Shown here: piece by piece, positions 1 through 12,625 of the stretch
How positions within the stretch are numbered: the stretch's first letter is position 1
Layout: each line of letters starts with the position of its first letter
NCBI GenBank assembly: GCA_030704615.1
Contig: CM060731.1
Span: 51,708,001-51,772,000, forward strand
Length of the DNA stretch: 64,000 nt
DNA from: Takakia lepidozioides
Lineage: Eukaryota > Plantae > Bryophyta
Direction: 5' to 3'
Notes under the pieces: model-generated
What the model saw: only the letters and a program-made list of their open reading frames with translations
Told to the model about the DNA's origin: nothing
Database searches by the model: none
Position numbers and translations under genes: made by a program

Positions 1-3000
1 ACCTTGCCTCAGAGGTTCAGCCTTCCATTCCAAGCACTCTGGAGCGTGACACTCCCTACCTCACTCATCCAGTCTTTAATATGTGAGTAGTGCTGCTGCC
101 TTTTGATTGCTGGGTGCACCTATCTATGGTAGGAGGAGGGTGGGCCTGACATGGAATGTATAGTCAAGATGGTTGGGAGTGGGTGCATGTTGTGAGAGGT
201 TCAGCCCAAGCATGTACATTTCTAAGAATACCTTCTTAAATATCAGGTATCACTCAGAGCATGAGCTGCTGCGCTATCTCCACAGACTGCAAGCAAGGGA
301 TCTTTCTTTGTGCCACAGCATGATTCCGTTGGGCTCTTGCACCATGAAACTCAATGCTACCACAGAAATGATACCAGTCACATGGCCAGAACTTGCAAAT
401 CTTCATCCATTTGCACCAGTGGACCAGACTCTTGGTTACCAGGTTCACATCTGCAGATACTTATGGTGCTGTAGACATCATGTCTTCCTCAAATTTCTTG
501 TTGTGACAGAATAATGATAGGCATGATTTACATTTAGTGATGTCTGTTTATGGTAAATGTTCTGTCAGTGCCCATTTACCCCTTTTTCTCCTTACGTGGC
601 AGGAAATGTTTCAAGAATTAGGCGAGCTGCTATGTGAGATCACTGGCTTTGACTCAATGTCGCTACAGCCCAATGCTGGTGCTGCTGGGGAATACGCAGG
701 GCTTATGGTTATTCGGGCTTACCACCAGGTAGGCACACACCTTTCTTGCATGTTGGAAGTTGACAGTGATCTTTGACGTTTCTTTTTGAAGGAAGCCAAA
801 TGGCGTCCGTAATGTATGCTTTGACACTGGACGTGATTGACATACATACCTTGCGACAGGCACGAGGCGACAATCATCGCAATGTCTGTATCATCCCAGT
901 GTCTGCCCATGGTACCAATCCTGCCAGTGCCGCAATGTGTGGTATGAAGATTGTGACAATTGGTACTGATGAGCAAGGAAATGTCAACATTAGCGAGCTG
1001 AAACAAGCAGCCGAAACGCACAAAGACAATCTAGCTGCTCTTATGGTAAGTTGCTCCTGCTATGAGGTACATATATTGTTGGATAATTCATAATCTAGGT
1101 GCAAGAAACTGCATGTACACACACACGGTTGCATAGTTGCATGTACACATCCTGTAAGACAAAATTACACTAGTAGCTAGTGTTTTTTTAGGATACTGTG
1201 GACCCCTTGTCGCTATGTTAGTTGGCCAGACACAGTCCATACTTGGAAGAGGGCACAACGACCTATTGGTGTATGTACATGAAGTGCTTGATGGGGAATC
1301 TAGGTTTAATTTTCCTTGCCTTGTTCACTACGTTTACAGGTGACATATCCTTCGACACATGGTGTGTATGAGGATGGTATCGATGAAATTTGCAACATCA
1401 TACATGAGAATGGGGGCCAAGTCTATATGGATGGTGCGAATATGAATGCACAGGTGAGGAAAGTTGTGCAGCGTGCTTTCAGAAGGCTGGGTTCCCTTGT
1501 CTGTGAACCTAACTGAGTTTGTCAAGCTGTGATTGACTAAATGTAGGGGCATATATTCTTGGAAACCTGGAAATATTGTTGCCAATTGAAAGAAATCTAT
1601 CCACCAAACGTAAGGGAGGCAAAAGAGTTGTCTAACATGTGAACCAGAAACAAGCTGGAGCACACCCGCATGGGGCGGGTTTATCATTTACCCAGATTTA
1701 CCCAACTGGATATCAATCTGGGTATCTGGATTTTGACCTGGCGGGTATAAACGAGTTCAGAGTTTGAAAGTAATATTAATTAAAAATTTAACTATAATAT
1801 ATATATATAACTACTTACATACGTTTTAACCCTTTAAAGAAAAACTACATTATAACAAATATATAAATAGTTTAATTTCTTAAAGCCCATATCTGGAATT
1901 GTTCGACTGGTATTATTAATATTCTTCTTTATTTTTATTATATTCTCTATTATTGATACCTAGTGTATCTATACCGTGCAGTTAAAAACCATGGTAGAAC
2001 TTACAATATTGATAACCCGGAAAACATCAATGTGTTCAGTTTACCTGGATCCGGATAACTTTTAGTGGCTCCGGTGTGGGTAAATGAATTCATCATTTTA
2101 TTCATCTGGATCTAGCGGGTACAAAAACAAATTGGTAACCTGCCCAACAATTGAGCATACTCTGTAGAGTTCCCGTTTGTGTGTGCATCTAACATGAAAA
2201 AGTAGGGATCTGTAACTAAATACCAAGACAGTGATTCTTGAATCCTAGAAAAAAATCCTTTGGAGACTGAGTAAAAAAGTAAGCTAATGATTGCAAGGTG
2301 ACGTAGTTGCCAGGTGTTGTCACCTTTCAGCAGGACCACGTGACTAGTGCATTTATCATCTTGAAAGCTTACTCAAGTGCAGCTCTGCTACAGTGATCCT
2401 CAATCTGTATTAATATCAACTGAGCCAGAATGATACCCTTTGAAGTTCCGACTCTGCTACACCGTAGTAGGAGCTAATCTGGTATCATGCACAACAGGTT
2501 GGTTTGACAAGTCCCGGGCACATCGGAGCGGATGTGTGTCATCTGAATCTGCACAAGACGTTTTGCATCCCGCATGGAGGAGGTGGTCCTGGCATGGGTC
2601 CTATTGGAGTGAAGAAGCACTTGGCTCCATTCTTGCCATCCCATCCTGTGGTGTGTCCTCTCGCCCCGTCTTCTGTCTTCACAGCATGAACTTCTGACAT
2701 ATGGATATTGTATTGGCTTGGCACTTAGAAGTCACTTTGAGAACAACTTACTGCATGAGTCCAGGCCATATTTGACATCAAATTATCAGTCACGAGCAAC
2801 TTGGGAGCATATACTTTGTGGGCTTGCTCTGACTGGTTAGATCTACCTTTCCAGGTACCGACAGGAGGAATACCCCTACCAGAGAATGCTCAGCCTCTTG
2901 GAACAATATCAGCAGCTCCTTGGGGCTCAGCGCTAATATTGCCGATTTCTTACTCATACATCACAATGATGGGCTCCAAGGGTTTGACTGATGCATCCAA

Positions 3001-4605
3001 GATCGCTATTCTCAATGCCAACTACATGGCCAAGCGCCTGGAGGTCAGTCATTTGTGCAATATGCATGTTTTGGCAACCTGCTAAGTGTAATTCTTCTAT
3101 CTCAGGAAAATGCCGATGACAGCAAATAATGTAGCAAGCCAATAACTGCAGATACTTAACTCCATTGAGATTTCTGGGCCTGTTGCAGGACTATTACCCT
3201 ATACTTTTCCGCGGTGTGAATGGAACATGTGCACATGAGTTCATCATTGATCTTCGAGGATTCAAGGTGCCAAATGACACATGTGCTGGTTTGCATGCTA
3301 TTGTCCTTCAAAGTTTGTCCAGGTTTTCACGATTAGTCACTATGATCAACAGAGATTACAATCTTGGATTGGGGTTCAGTTAAGGAGTTGCATATGAGCT
3401 TCTGTCAGTTTTTCATCTGCAGGATAGAGCTGGTATAGAGGCAGAGGATGTGGCAAAGCGACTCATGGACTATGGTTATCATGCTCCAACAATGTCCTGG
3501 CCAGTACCTGGCACACTCATGATTGAGCCCACTGAAAGTGAGAGCAAGGTGCGGAATCTCTTCTGCGCTCGAAGACTTTAATAACAGTCAAGAACTTCCT
3601 CAAGCTGATATGCATTCCCCTTACATGTTCATCTACCTGAGATCCTAGCATTACTATTGTCTGTCTACAATCAGAGCCAGAAGTTTGAATTATGTTTTAA
3701 GCAAGTGAAAAGTGTCTAGTCATAATTTGCATTTCATTGTTGGCGGTCTCTGATTGCTTTCGACTTTTCAAATATACATCTTTTTAATCCATCCCATAGT
3801 CGCTTACCCTTATGATGTTTCTTCTGAAGAGTATGTGGCAGCTGATGGTATTTTCTGTGCTACATTCTCTAATATCCCACTCTCTATTTGCTGCAATACA
3901 TATCTGATTTTTCTAAAACAGTCGCTTATACCCACATTTGGCCCCTTGTCGTGGAGCCAGGCAGAGTTGGACCGCTTCTGCAACGCGTTGATTGCCATAA
4001 GGGAAGAAATTCAATCCATTGAAGATGGAACAGCAAGCCCTCTAGAGAATGTTCTCAAGGTACTAGACTCATTGTGGAAACCTGTTGGGTGCTCTTCTTG
4101 AATTTAACACTACTGAGTTTCCATTGTCTTGAGCTTCATAAGGTCTGATGATGGTGCATGGTAGATGGAGGTTGTGCTTGTTTGCTGCCTTACATTGTTG
4201 AGGTATGTCCTCTTTTAATATCCTATGTCTATGCTGCTTGGGCTTTGTGGGATTAGGGGGCCCCGCATCCTGCATCGGTTGTGTTGGCAGACGATTGGAA
4301 TAAACCTTATTCCAGGGAGGTTGCAGCGTTTCCAGCACCCTGGGTTCGCGCATCAAAATTCTGGCCGACTACAGGTAGGTTGTGTTCTCATGATTGGTTG
4401 ATGCCTGTGAGTTCTCTGCATTGGCTATTGGTGAAGCTGTGAACAATCCTCAAATCTGGTATGGGAAAGTCGTTTGCTCACTGGAGTGCTGGGTGTTGGT
4501 GGTGGTGATGTAGGGCGGATTGACAATGTGTTTGGAGACCGCAATCTTGTATGTACCAACCCATCAGCAGACATTATTGATGAGAAATTGGCAGCTGCTG
4601 CCTAA
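1..4605 (+). CDS. GLDP: Glycine decarboxylase P-protein (glycine cleavage system), 3' part; the gene begins upstream of the window
   Basis: Exons with GT-AG borders at approximately <1-82, 247-442, 603-728, 860-1045, 1340-1453, 2498-2650, 2855-3043, 3189-3266, 3423-3548, 3961-4059, 4257-4374 and 4514-4605. Motifs: [47 protein letters not shown], the PLP-lysine motif [18 protein letters not shown], and C-terminal [18 protein letters not shown]. Confidence 0.97.
1656..2340. mobile_element. AT-rich non-autonomous TE-like insertion in a GLDP intron
   Basis: Abrupt AT-rich block with TACCC(A/G)GAT-type subrepeats in the longest intron. A GC hairpin ACCCGC-ATGGG-GCGGGT lies at its left edge. Termini are not resolved. 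Confidence 0.35.
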
Positions 4606-5514
4606 TCTGACACAAGAGCTCCGGGAGTCTGTGTATGATTTTAATCGTAGGGTCAGCAGACTCCCGAAGTGCTTTTGCACGTGTACCTTATTAGATTTAT
4701 TCCCAGCACATTAATAGGATCCTACAATTTCATAACTTGACATGGGCTACTAGCTCTTGAGCAGTGATGAAGAACTGTTCTTGTATGTATCCAACTCAGA
4801 AAAGAAATGTTTGCAAGGTAATTTCAAGACCACAATTGATTATTTGTCATACAAACATTGGCGACGACATTGAGGGGTATCATCCTTTTTCAGAGCAAAA
4901 TGTGTCCTTGTCCAGGAAAACAAAAGAATGCAGAGTAATTGTCAAACAGACTGAATTTGTATCACGGGCAGTTTCCCGCATCAGATACAGTCCTAGCTTG
5001 TTGATTGTGAATGCATCAGCCAAGAAGCGGTGCTGGAGGGAGATCTTGTGCCAACCAGCGTCACGTCTCAATTTCTCTCTGGTCCGTTAAATGACCCACT
5101 GCTTTTGTGCACAAAACGCCTGGCCCATGCACCACTTCATGCATTCATCTGCAGGTGGATCTGGTGTGGTGAGGTAGTGGGGATTGGCTCATCTCATATT
5201 CTTAGACAAGGAAAGGGATCATTGGCTTATAGGAAGTCTTTCCGAAAGCCATGAGAGATGTCACCTGCATTTCCTATTACTGTTGTCTCGGTTGGCAGTA
5301 GGGTGGTGCACCTGATCTATGCACCAAGCATGATGTGAGAAGGTTATGGCATTCATGGGCCTGGCCTAGTGAACTTTCTCGGGCTTCAGCCGTATCAAAA
5401 GGCTATACATACACAATCGTCGAAATGGCAGCCGCGGTCCCTTCGGATGGTTTTGAATGGTCGACGGATAGCCGAGTGTTGACAGTAGTGGCAAATTATG
5501 AGAGCCCTGGATAT

Positions 5515-7852
5515 TCATGATGCGCTACTTCTGTTGTTGTTGATGCTAAGAAGCTGGTATCCCCATGAATCTGCCCACAAACATTTTACAAAATATGGAA
5601 CAACCTCCGGTATGTACTTCTGATTTATGCTGGGTTCATAAGGGCACTTGTAGTGTGGGCCAGCTGATTGGAAACAGACATCACTTGTCTGCCCCTGAGT
5701 GCAGCTGGGAGTATGGTCTTTGTTTTTCTCCATAAACCAGGGAGTAAGAGCTCCATATGCATGTGCTATCCCGCCGAAGGTGGAGCCCCCAGTTACAAAG
5801 ATTGTGTCTGAGAAGCTCAACAAAATGATTTCCACGAGTGCTTGGTTATCCACCTCCAACCCGAACTGCTGTTCGTTGTCGTGGGTTAGTTGTACGAGAC
5901 CCACTTTGTCTCCTGATGTGGTCGGATTTCGAAGATAGATGTTGTTCAGGTGGTCGTGTAATCCCATAAAGAGGGATGCGATAAGAACTTTGATCGTCCG
6001 TCGATGCGGCCCTGTAATAAATAGGTTTTCATGGGAGCTCCCATTGCTTACAGCTGGGAGAAATCCATTATCCAGTGAGCACTTCCATATGTTGAAGTTG
6101 ACCACATCATTCAGTTCTTTGTACTGACGGTCAGGGTTGTGCAAGTACCGCACCTGGTAACCGATCTGCAAAGCAATGTGCAGGAGCTGCTATGAGAAGC
6201 ATTGCCAAGAGTTTCTTCCATGGATGATGACCGCTCTTGTCGACTTTCAAGAAAACAACACTTTTCATATTCAATGATCTACGGTGTCTGCAAAAGATAA
6301 TACCCTAGATAAAGATGCAATGCGAGCAAAGGATGCCCACTTGAATAACTCAACTGGTAGCAAGCTGCTAAACGTTCTTGACATGGAACAATTTCAATAT
6401 GATAGAACTAGACGTGCATACCTGGCTGTCGGCATCGGCTAGATGGACTTCATGAATTGTTCTGACTCGGTCCCAAACGTGGTCCGCTGGCAGCATTGCC
6501 GAGCGCAGCATATGGGTTAACGTAAGTGAGGGATCAGGAAACAGTGCCTCAAGGACAGGCCGAAAACTTGGTATTGCAAAAAGCTTTGGCAGGAAGTGGA
6601 GACATCCGTGCATGAAGACCCACGGAATGCGCGTAAAGTATGCCTGCTCCGTTACACAGAAAAACCTGTCCATGTCATCACTGAAATACATAGCAATGCA
6701 CTTATTTCAGTTTCAAAAGATTGACACTGACTGCCTCGCAGCATTTTGATAGTTACCAGCTGTATCAATCTAGCTAAGATCCAAGTCACAAATCTCTTTG
6801 GAAACTTTCTAGATTGTACCGAGTACTATGAACTTCCTTGATTAGGCTGTACCCCGAACAGCCTGACGGACTATATAACTCCCAACCCCACATCCTGCCT
6901 GCAGAAGACTGGATACCCTCGTACAGAAACTACTAGATGTTGATACTAGCATACATGTAACCTACTGCATTATGAACAAACAGTCAGCTTTTCGATTGAG
7001 TGCTTAATCAGAGCTGTTTTACCTGGGTTGACCCTGAAAGTAAAATCCTACCCCTGCGGCATGCATGGGCATTGTCAGATTGCCTGCTCTGTCTGCGCCC
7101 ACATCTCTCAGAAAATCCCATGTTTGATTCCATGTTTCAGTGGAATCGATCAGATTCACAGGCAGCTTCCATGTCGAGCCATGAAAAGGCTCGCACATAA
7201 CGTCTGGGATATTTGTAGAAGCTGATATGACTATCACTCTCTGCGTTAAAATGGCATACAGTAGGGAGCCTGTCACGTGAAGAATCTTGTTTCCCAAGCC
7301 AGTCCTAGAGTCAGCAAAGACGAACTTACACCCCGTGCTACTATTTCTTGAGTAAAAGTACTCTGTGAGATTTCCAGCAGCTTTGATACAGGTCCTGTGA
7401 AGGATCTCGTACTCTCGCAGGACCATCTCCCATTGGGGGTTGGTCGCAATTTCTGCTCTGCGCCGCCCATAGAAGTGACCCAATTCCAATCGACTTCTGC
7501 AGGGATTTTCCCGATTCCACTGTTCTCGTTCAGCTTGGGAGAAACTTGTAAGCTCTGGTCCACCGTTTCTTCGAGTGACCTGAATAGCCTCCTGAGTAGC
7601 TTCCCGAATTGAATCGATCAGAGATTGTACAGATTCGTCTATATTTGCTGTAGGCATTCCTGGTGTTCTGGTCACTACTCCATTCTCGGCAAACATGCTG
7701 GATTCACGTCCAGATAGAATGTATAGAGAGTCGGGCCAACTGTGAGAAATGCTAGATAATGATATCAGCAAGAACAACGGGACAGTGGCAGCAATCACAG
7801 TCAAGAAATTAACCACTAAACGCGTTAAGAAAGATCCACGAGTTTTCTCCAT
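5515..7852 (-). CDS. FUT: Xyloglucan/galactoside 2-alpha-L-fucosyltransferase, CAZy GT37 family (~574 aa)
   Basis: Three exons (7852-7023, 6665-6422, 6165-5515) splice in frame. N-terminal TM anchor, GLGNKIL..LLYAILTQRV, MCEPFHGSTW, IGYQVR, and EIILLSFSD..VTGGSTFGGIAHAYGAL.PW. Confidence 0.93.
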
Positions 7853-9562
7853 CTTGCCAACGCCAATTAATACGCTGTACCAACAATTGCGTCTCGCTCC
7901 CCAACGCTACCTGGGTTGTGTGGCGTGAGTGTGAGAGAGCTGCAGATTTTCTGCGCACGAAGTCACCTAGGGCATGTTCAAGGGAAATGGGAAGGAATCA
8001 ACTTGAGCGAGATCCGCACTTGACTCTAACACAACTTGGATATCATCGATCCATGCTGTGAAAAGAGAGATTCACTGATCTCTTGAAAGCAACGACAAAT
8101 GTCTAGACCAAGCCTCGGCAGTTCAATCTGCACTGGAGAGACACCATTGACGCGATCCACAAACTGATCTCAAGCGCCTCAAAGCTCCCGTGGTAGAGAT
8201 GGTGGCAAGTCAACTCGTATCCGGTGCAACAAGTACGAGAATTTCCGGCCAAAGGCCTGATTGAATGCACCCACTTCCTGCTGTGTTCATGACACATACT
8301 TGGAATCTGCACACAGAAACGTGATAGATACCCACACGCGCAGACGTCCGAGGATTGAATGCGACGACGATCTATCGCTATGTGGGTGGGCGACCTATTC
8401 TTATTAACAGCGCCGTCGTGCCCGCGTTCGTGCGTCATGCGTTTTTATACGTGCAGCAGACACGATCCTCTCTCCTCGTGTGCGAGACGTTAACCCCTCA
8501 ACGTTCCATGCGACCCGAAACGGGTCGCACCCCTCCTCTTTCTCATGCAGCCATGACTTTCTGATTCCGGGTCCGATTGAACAGCCGCCAACAGGAAGAT
8601 TCTCGTCGGGATTGAGAGCTTTCCAACGATCCCTGCTCGAGCTCATTGGTCAAAAGGCGAGGAAGTTATGGGCGCTCTAAGTCCAACAACAATGACGCCA
8701 TCAGACAGATCCTGTGCCGGCTGCCACAAGGTTGCTTGCCTTTGCCCAAAATCTCTGAAGACTCCCCGAAGTTGCAAAGAGGTACCCAACGAACTTGCCC
8801 AGAAATTCTGAAGTTTAGGTGAGGCAGGTGTCGTGAATTTCATGTCATTTGGGATACGCCGTTTCGATCTAGGTGTTGTGAAGTTTTTGTGGTGAAAATC
8901 AATGAGATTTTATGTGGAGATACAGGTTGACATAGTTAGCAACATAATTCAATGGTTCATTTCTATAGATCTGAGTTGCAAAGATATGGCTTGCTAGGGT
9001 TTGCATGGATTGTTGCACTTCCTCCAAGTACTATGCATCTTTCCTCACCAATGAAGCAAACACAAGTACTCCGGTATACCTCAATCAAGCATTTTGCAAC
9101 ACCGCTGTTTGACTAGATTAGGCATATGGAGGGGGTCAAGTAAAAGGTTTGTGGGGAAGTCCACCGTAGTGCAAGAAAGTAAGAAAAGCTGATCTGCACC
9201 TGCTCCTTTCACAGAGAAGCTTCATCAACAAAATTGTCAGCATGTTCTGTCGGTGTGTCACCACTTTGAAATCATGTTTGTCACATGGTTCCATTGATCC
9301 ACGTACAAACTGGTACAAAGCTCTTCCAGCCTGCCCTGGAAAGAAAGGCAACTAAGAGTTAGGTGTCTATAACTGAAAACTATGTGGCTACAAGATCTGG
9401 TGTTTGGGCTTCAACTTCCAACAATGTGCCGCTTGTGGCTTGCTGTTGATCATGTTACCCTTGAAGTGTTCGTATCTCAAGCACACATTAGAACTATATA
9501 TCAACCATTTTCGACAAGGGACTTTCTGTACTTGTAAATGACTGCACTTCACACGGAAATCC

Positions 9563-10050
9563 ATGGGATTGGGTAGGGATCACATGGCTCCAGAAGTAGC
9601 AATGAAAAAGGGCAAGCACAAGATTGGGGACTGCCTCGGTGATCCCGAAACTAGCATGATCCTGTGGCCCAGTGCCAACGATAAGAAGAAGCGTCGAGTT
9701 GGTGACATAATCATACACAAACATAGAGGAGCCAGAGGCTTTGGACTTCCTGGAGAGCAAGTTCAGCCACGCCACCTCCCCGATGACATGAGAGGTCCAC
9801 CATACTTCTACTTTGAGAATGTTGCTAGCATGCCCAATGACGAATGGAGACGGATCCGGGAAGGCATCTATTCGACATAGAACCCGAATGTGTGGATGCA
9901 ATGCACTTTTATAACCTTCCAATCGAAGGACGGAAGAAAGTTCTGCCTGAGCCTCCTATCACTATTCAGGAGCTCATGCCGTAAACTCGAATTCTGGCCT
10001 CCTTGGGACAATCGTACCAAGTTTAATTGCATTGACCAGTACCAAATATA
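9563..10050 (+). pseudogene. DRM: DRM-type (domains rearranged) DNA methyltransferase fragment
   Basis: GFGLPGE...GPPYFYFENVA..P..EW..I, followed out of frame by EPECVDA..F, NLPIEGR...PP.TIQE and WPPWDNRTKFNCI. This is the start of the DRM catalytic region, with frameshifts, a stop, an internal deletion and a 3' truncation. Confidence 0.85.
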
Positions 10051-10115
10051 TCTGAGGAACATATCTAACATTCATTGAACTTGTTGGGACTAATAAGTTG
10101 ATGCAGTGCAGCTGA

Positions 10116-11130
10116 TCAGGTTCTAGATGTCTTGTAGTTGGTGATGGCCATTGGTGATGGCCCTGAGCTCTGGGGAGGCTCTGGAAAAACTGAGTCGGGA
10201 TTCCTGTAGCGCTTGTGCAGACTGTGCCAGTGAAGATTGCCAGACAGGAACTCCTTCACACCTTCCACATAGCGGCGCACAACATGGGCCCGCCTCATAC
10301 ACGGCCAACTCCAGCTCCCGGACGACGCGAGCGTACGAGTTCACCAAGTCCAGTGCTCTCCACGCAGCTTGGGGTAACAGTGCGCCTTCAGATTGCATCA
10401 ACACCTTGATTACATTACGCGGATTGTCTTCCAGTCCTTGGGTAGGGAGAAAACACCGTTGACGAAACCGGCATGCATGGCAGCCGCGTTGGTCAGCTGT
10501 TGGATGAAGGGTTGCGCGCGCACCTCGTCTGGAAGAAAGGCGTTCTTGGCAAACTCCACGAGATTCACAAGAAGCAAGCCCCCAGAGTTCCAGGCGCGCA
10601 TTTGGGTGTAAGACTCCAAGTCTTGCAAACATAAGCGGTCGCCTGCAATGTCGGCATGGCTGGCAACGCCCACTCTGTGGTGCTCGATGACAGAGTCTGC
10701 AAAAGTATTGAAGAGTTCCGGGTTGGACAAGCGTCTCATGTCCTGACCCAATTCCCACATCATCCCCTCGATCGGAGTGGGATCGCGCGGAGGCTCTTGT
10801 TGCCGGAAGAGGAGGTTCAAGTTGTTGAGGAACTCTCCGATTTTGTGAGGGCTCTCACGGATGCTGCGATCGATGCCATACTCTTCGAGGAGCAAGTCGT
10901 TTGGCGAATCAAGCAAAAGATCATCCAGCATGCACAAGAGGGCGAATGCAATAGAGATGGCTACCAAACGACCAGAACTGACGGCTCCGCTGTACAGGAA
11001 GGTGGCAGTCGAGATGGCCACACGACAATAGGATTCAAACGAGTTGATCTGCCAGTTCTCTGCTGTCGAGGTTGGAGGCCTCGTATTGCCATGGAAGGGA
11101 CGAGAGGTGGAAGCTCGATCTCATTGTTCG
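10116..11130 (-). pseudogene. MTPSL: Microbial terpene synthase-like (MTPSL, bacterial-type class I) gene, intronless and frameshifted
   Basis: Aspartate-rich LDDLLLD, R-motif YTQMRAWNSGG, degenerate NSE motif NGVFSLPK(D), then EDNPRNVIKVLM and C-terminal RRYVEG..GNLHWHSLHKRYRNP (WxxxxxRY). The pieces lie in three reading frames (ORFs 10410-11021, 10123-10758, 10116-10298). Confidence 0.88.
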
Positions 11131-11639
11131 TGGGATTCTTATCGGGTAGTTGTTCAGATTGTTGTTGCTCTACCCAGCTGCTAGCTGTGCATCGCACAAG
11201 GAGGGAAGACCATATTTGACAGGAGAAGAGAAGCAAGGACGATTCTGAAAGGCAGAAGTAGGGGGGGAGCGAGGGAAGAAGGTAAGAGCACTTGGGCAAT
11301 GAAGTAGGGTAGTGGACAGAGTAGCCTTTAAGAAAACGTGCCCCATGTGGAAGGCAGCACGACAGTGGGGCCCCACAGAGAATGGACCCCAGACCCCTTG
11401 GGGCCGAGGCATCCATGCAGCGTTGCAAGACAGTGAAGAGGAAGCCATGCCTGGACCGGCATGCAGACTAGAGGAGGCAAAAAAGAATGCTTGCATTGAG
11501 AATCGACCAACAGAGGTGAGTTATATGGACGCCAGCAGGCCGAGATGGCAACGAGGGTGACTGCGCTTAGACAAGCCACCCAAGAAAGAGGATCGAAGCT
11601 GAGCCTGGTGAAGTGTCTACTGCTGGTCATGTGTTTCCA

Positions 11640-11985
11640 ATTTACTTCTCTTTCGAACTCTGGTGAGTCATGGCAGTATTGCGCCATCAACTATTCATAA
11701 ACTCCTCAAATATTATGACTGCATGCTCTAGCGAATATACTGCCAGTGCCCAGTGTTTGACTTCCTCAGGTCCATTACAGTAGGGACCATATAGAAAGCC
11801 ATATGTCATTGGACCCTTGCAAAAGAAAGAAGCAACCTCTCTTGTCTCTTGGAAACTATTTTTTGTGAAGTTCAAGTTGAAGCAAGGAAGACATGGGTGA
11901 AAATGCATGCAAACATCAGCAGGGACCCAGAAGCTGAATCTAGGCTCCTCCACAAATTCCAAGGCACATGGGGAAGGACGACATC
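11640..11985 (+). mobile_element. Degenerate L1-type LINE ORF2 C-terminal fragment
   Basis: FDFLRSITVGTI*KA..., LLETIFCEVQVEARKTW... and FQGTWG resemble the W/F-LLR-I-W-IW-AR...W...F...W tail of plant L1 ORF2. Confidence 0.4.
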
Positions 11986-12625
11986 CTATGCAGCTGCGCT
12001 TTGTCGTCAAGCTGCCAGGCATCCCCCTCTTGTTTGGCAAAGGTCCCTGGTTTTCAAAACTGTATTATGGTGTGTACGAGGTAGCTTTTGCATAATAACG
12101 CATCTATGAAATTCAACCAGGCCCAACTTTGAGGACCCTCTTGGCAAGCTGCCAAAGAAAGTCTGCCACTTTCGCAGGTCTAAGCTTGTTCCAAAATGTT
12201 TGCCCATAATGCAGAGGCCTCGCTTGGCCTATGGCCAGCCCACCTTGAATTCCATTTTTCCAGAAATTGTTGTGGTTAAAGTAAGATCGGTAGGCTCCTT
12301 TGGCTGAGTAATGAAGTGGCAGACCATTCTGTGTAAGGCCCTCGGTGGAGCCTTCCTGGATTTGAGGGCCTAGGGCAGCAGCCCAGGCGAAGGCAAAATT
12401 CATGTAGGAAGGCGTGACACGAGGGGCCTTCCCCTGCGTAAAGCACAATACATTTGAGGATCCTGCCGGGTGATGGAGCTTCCAGTTACCGAACCTATGG
12501 GTTAGGTTCGACGTCAAAAGGTAGGTCAGGTAACGTTAACAAATGCCTAGAATACACATGCGAGTCAAATGATTGACATAATCTGGAAGTTTGAATTCAT
12601 GCTAACTAAATGGGTTTGTGGTCGG

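Noticed and set aside
8660-8820. F-box-like snippet NDAIRQILCRLP
   Set aside because: Too short, no continuing ORF, and it could be chance.
12540-12590. Helitron 3' terminus (GTCAA-TCAT-TTGAC hairpin then CTAG on the minus strand)
   Set aside because: The stem is weak and AT-rich, and CTAG is followed by G rather than T.
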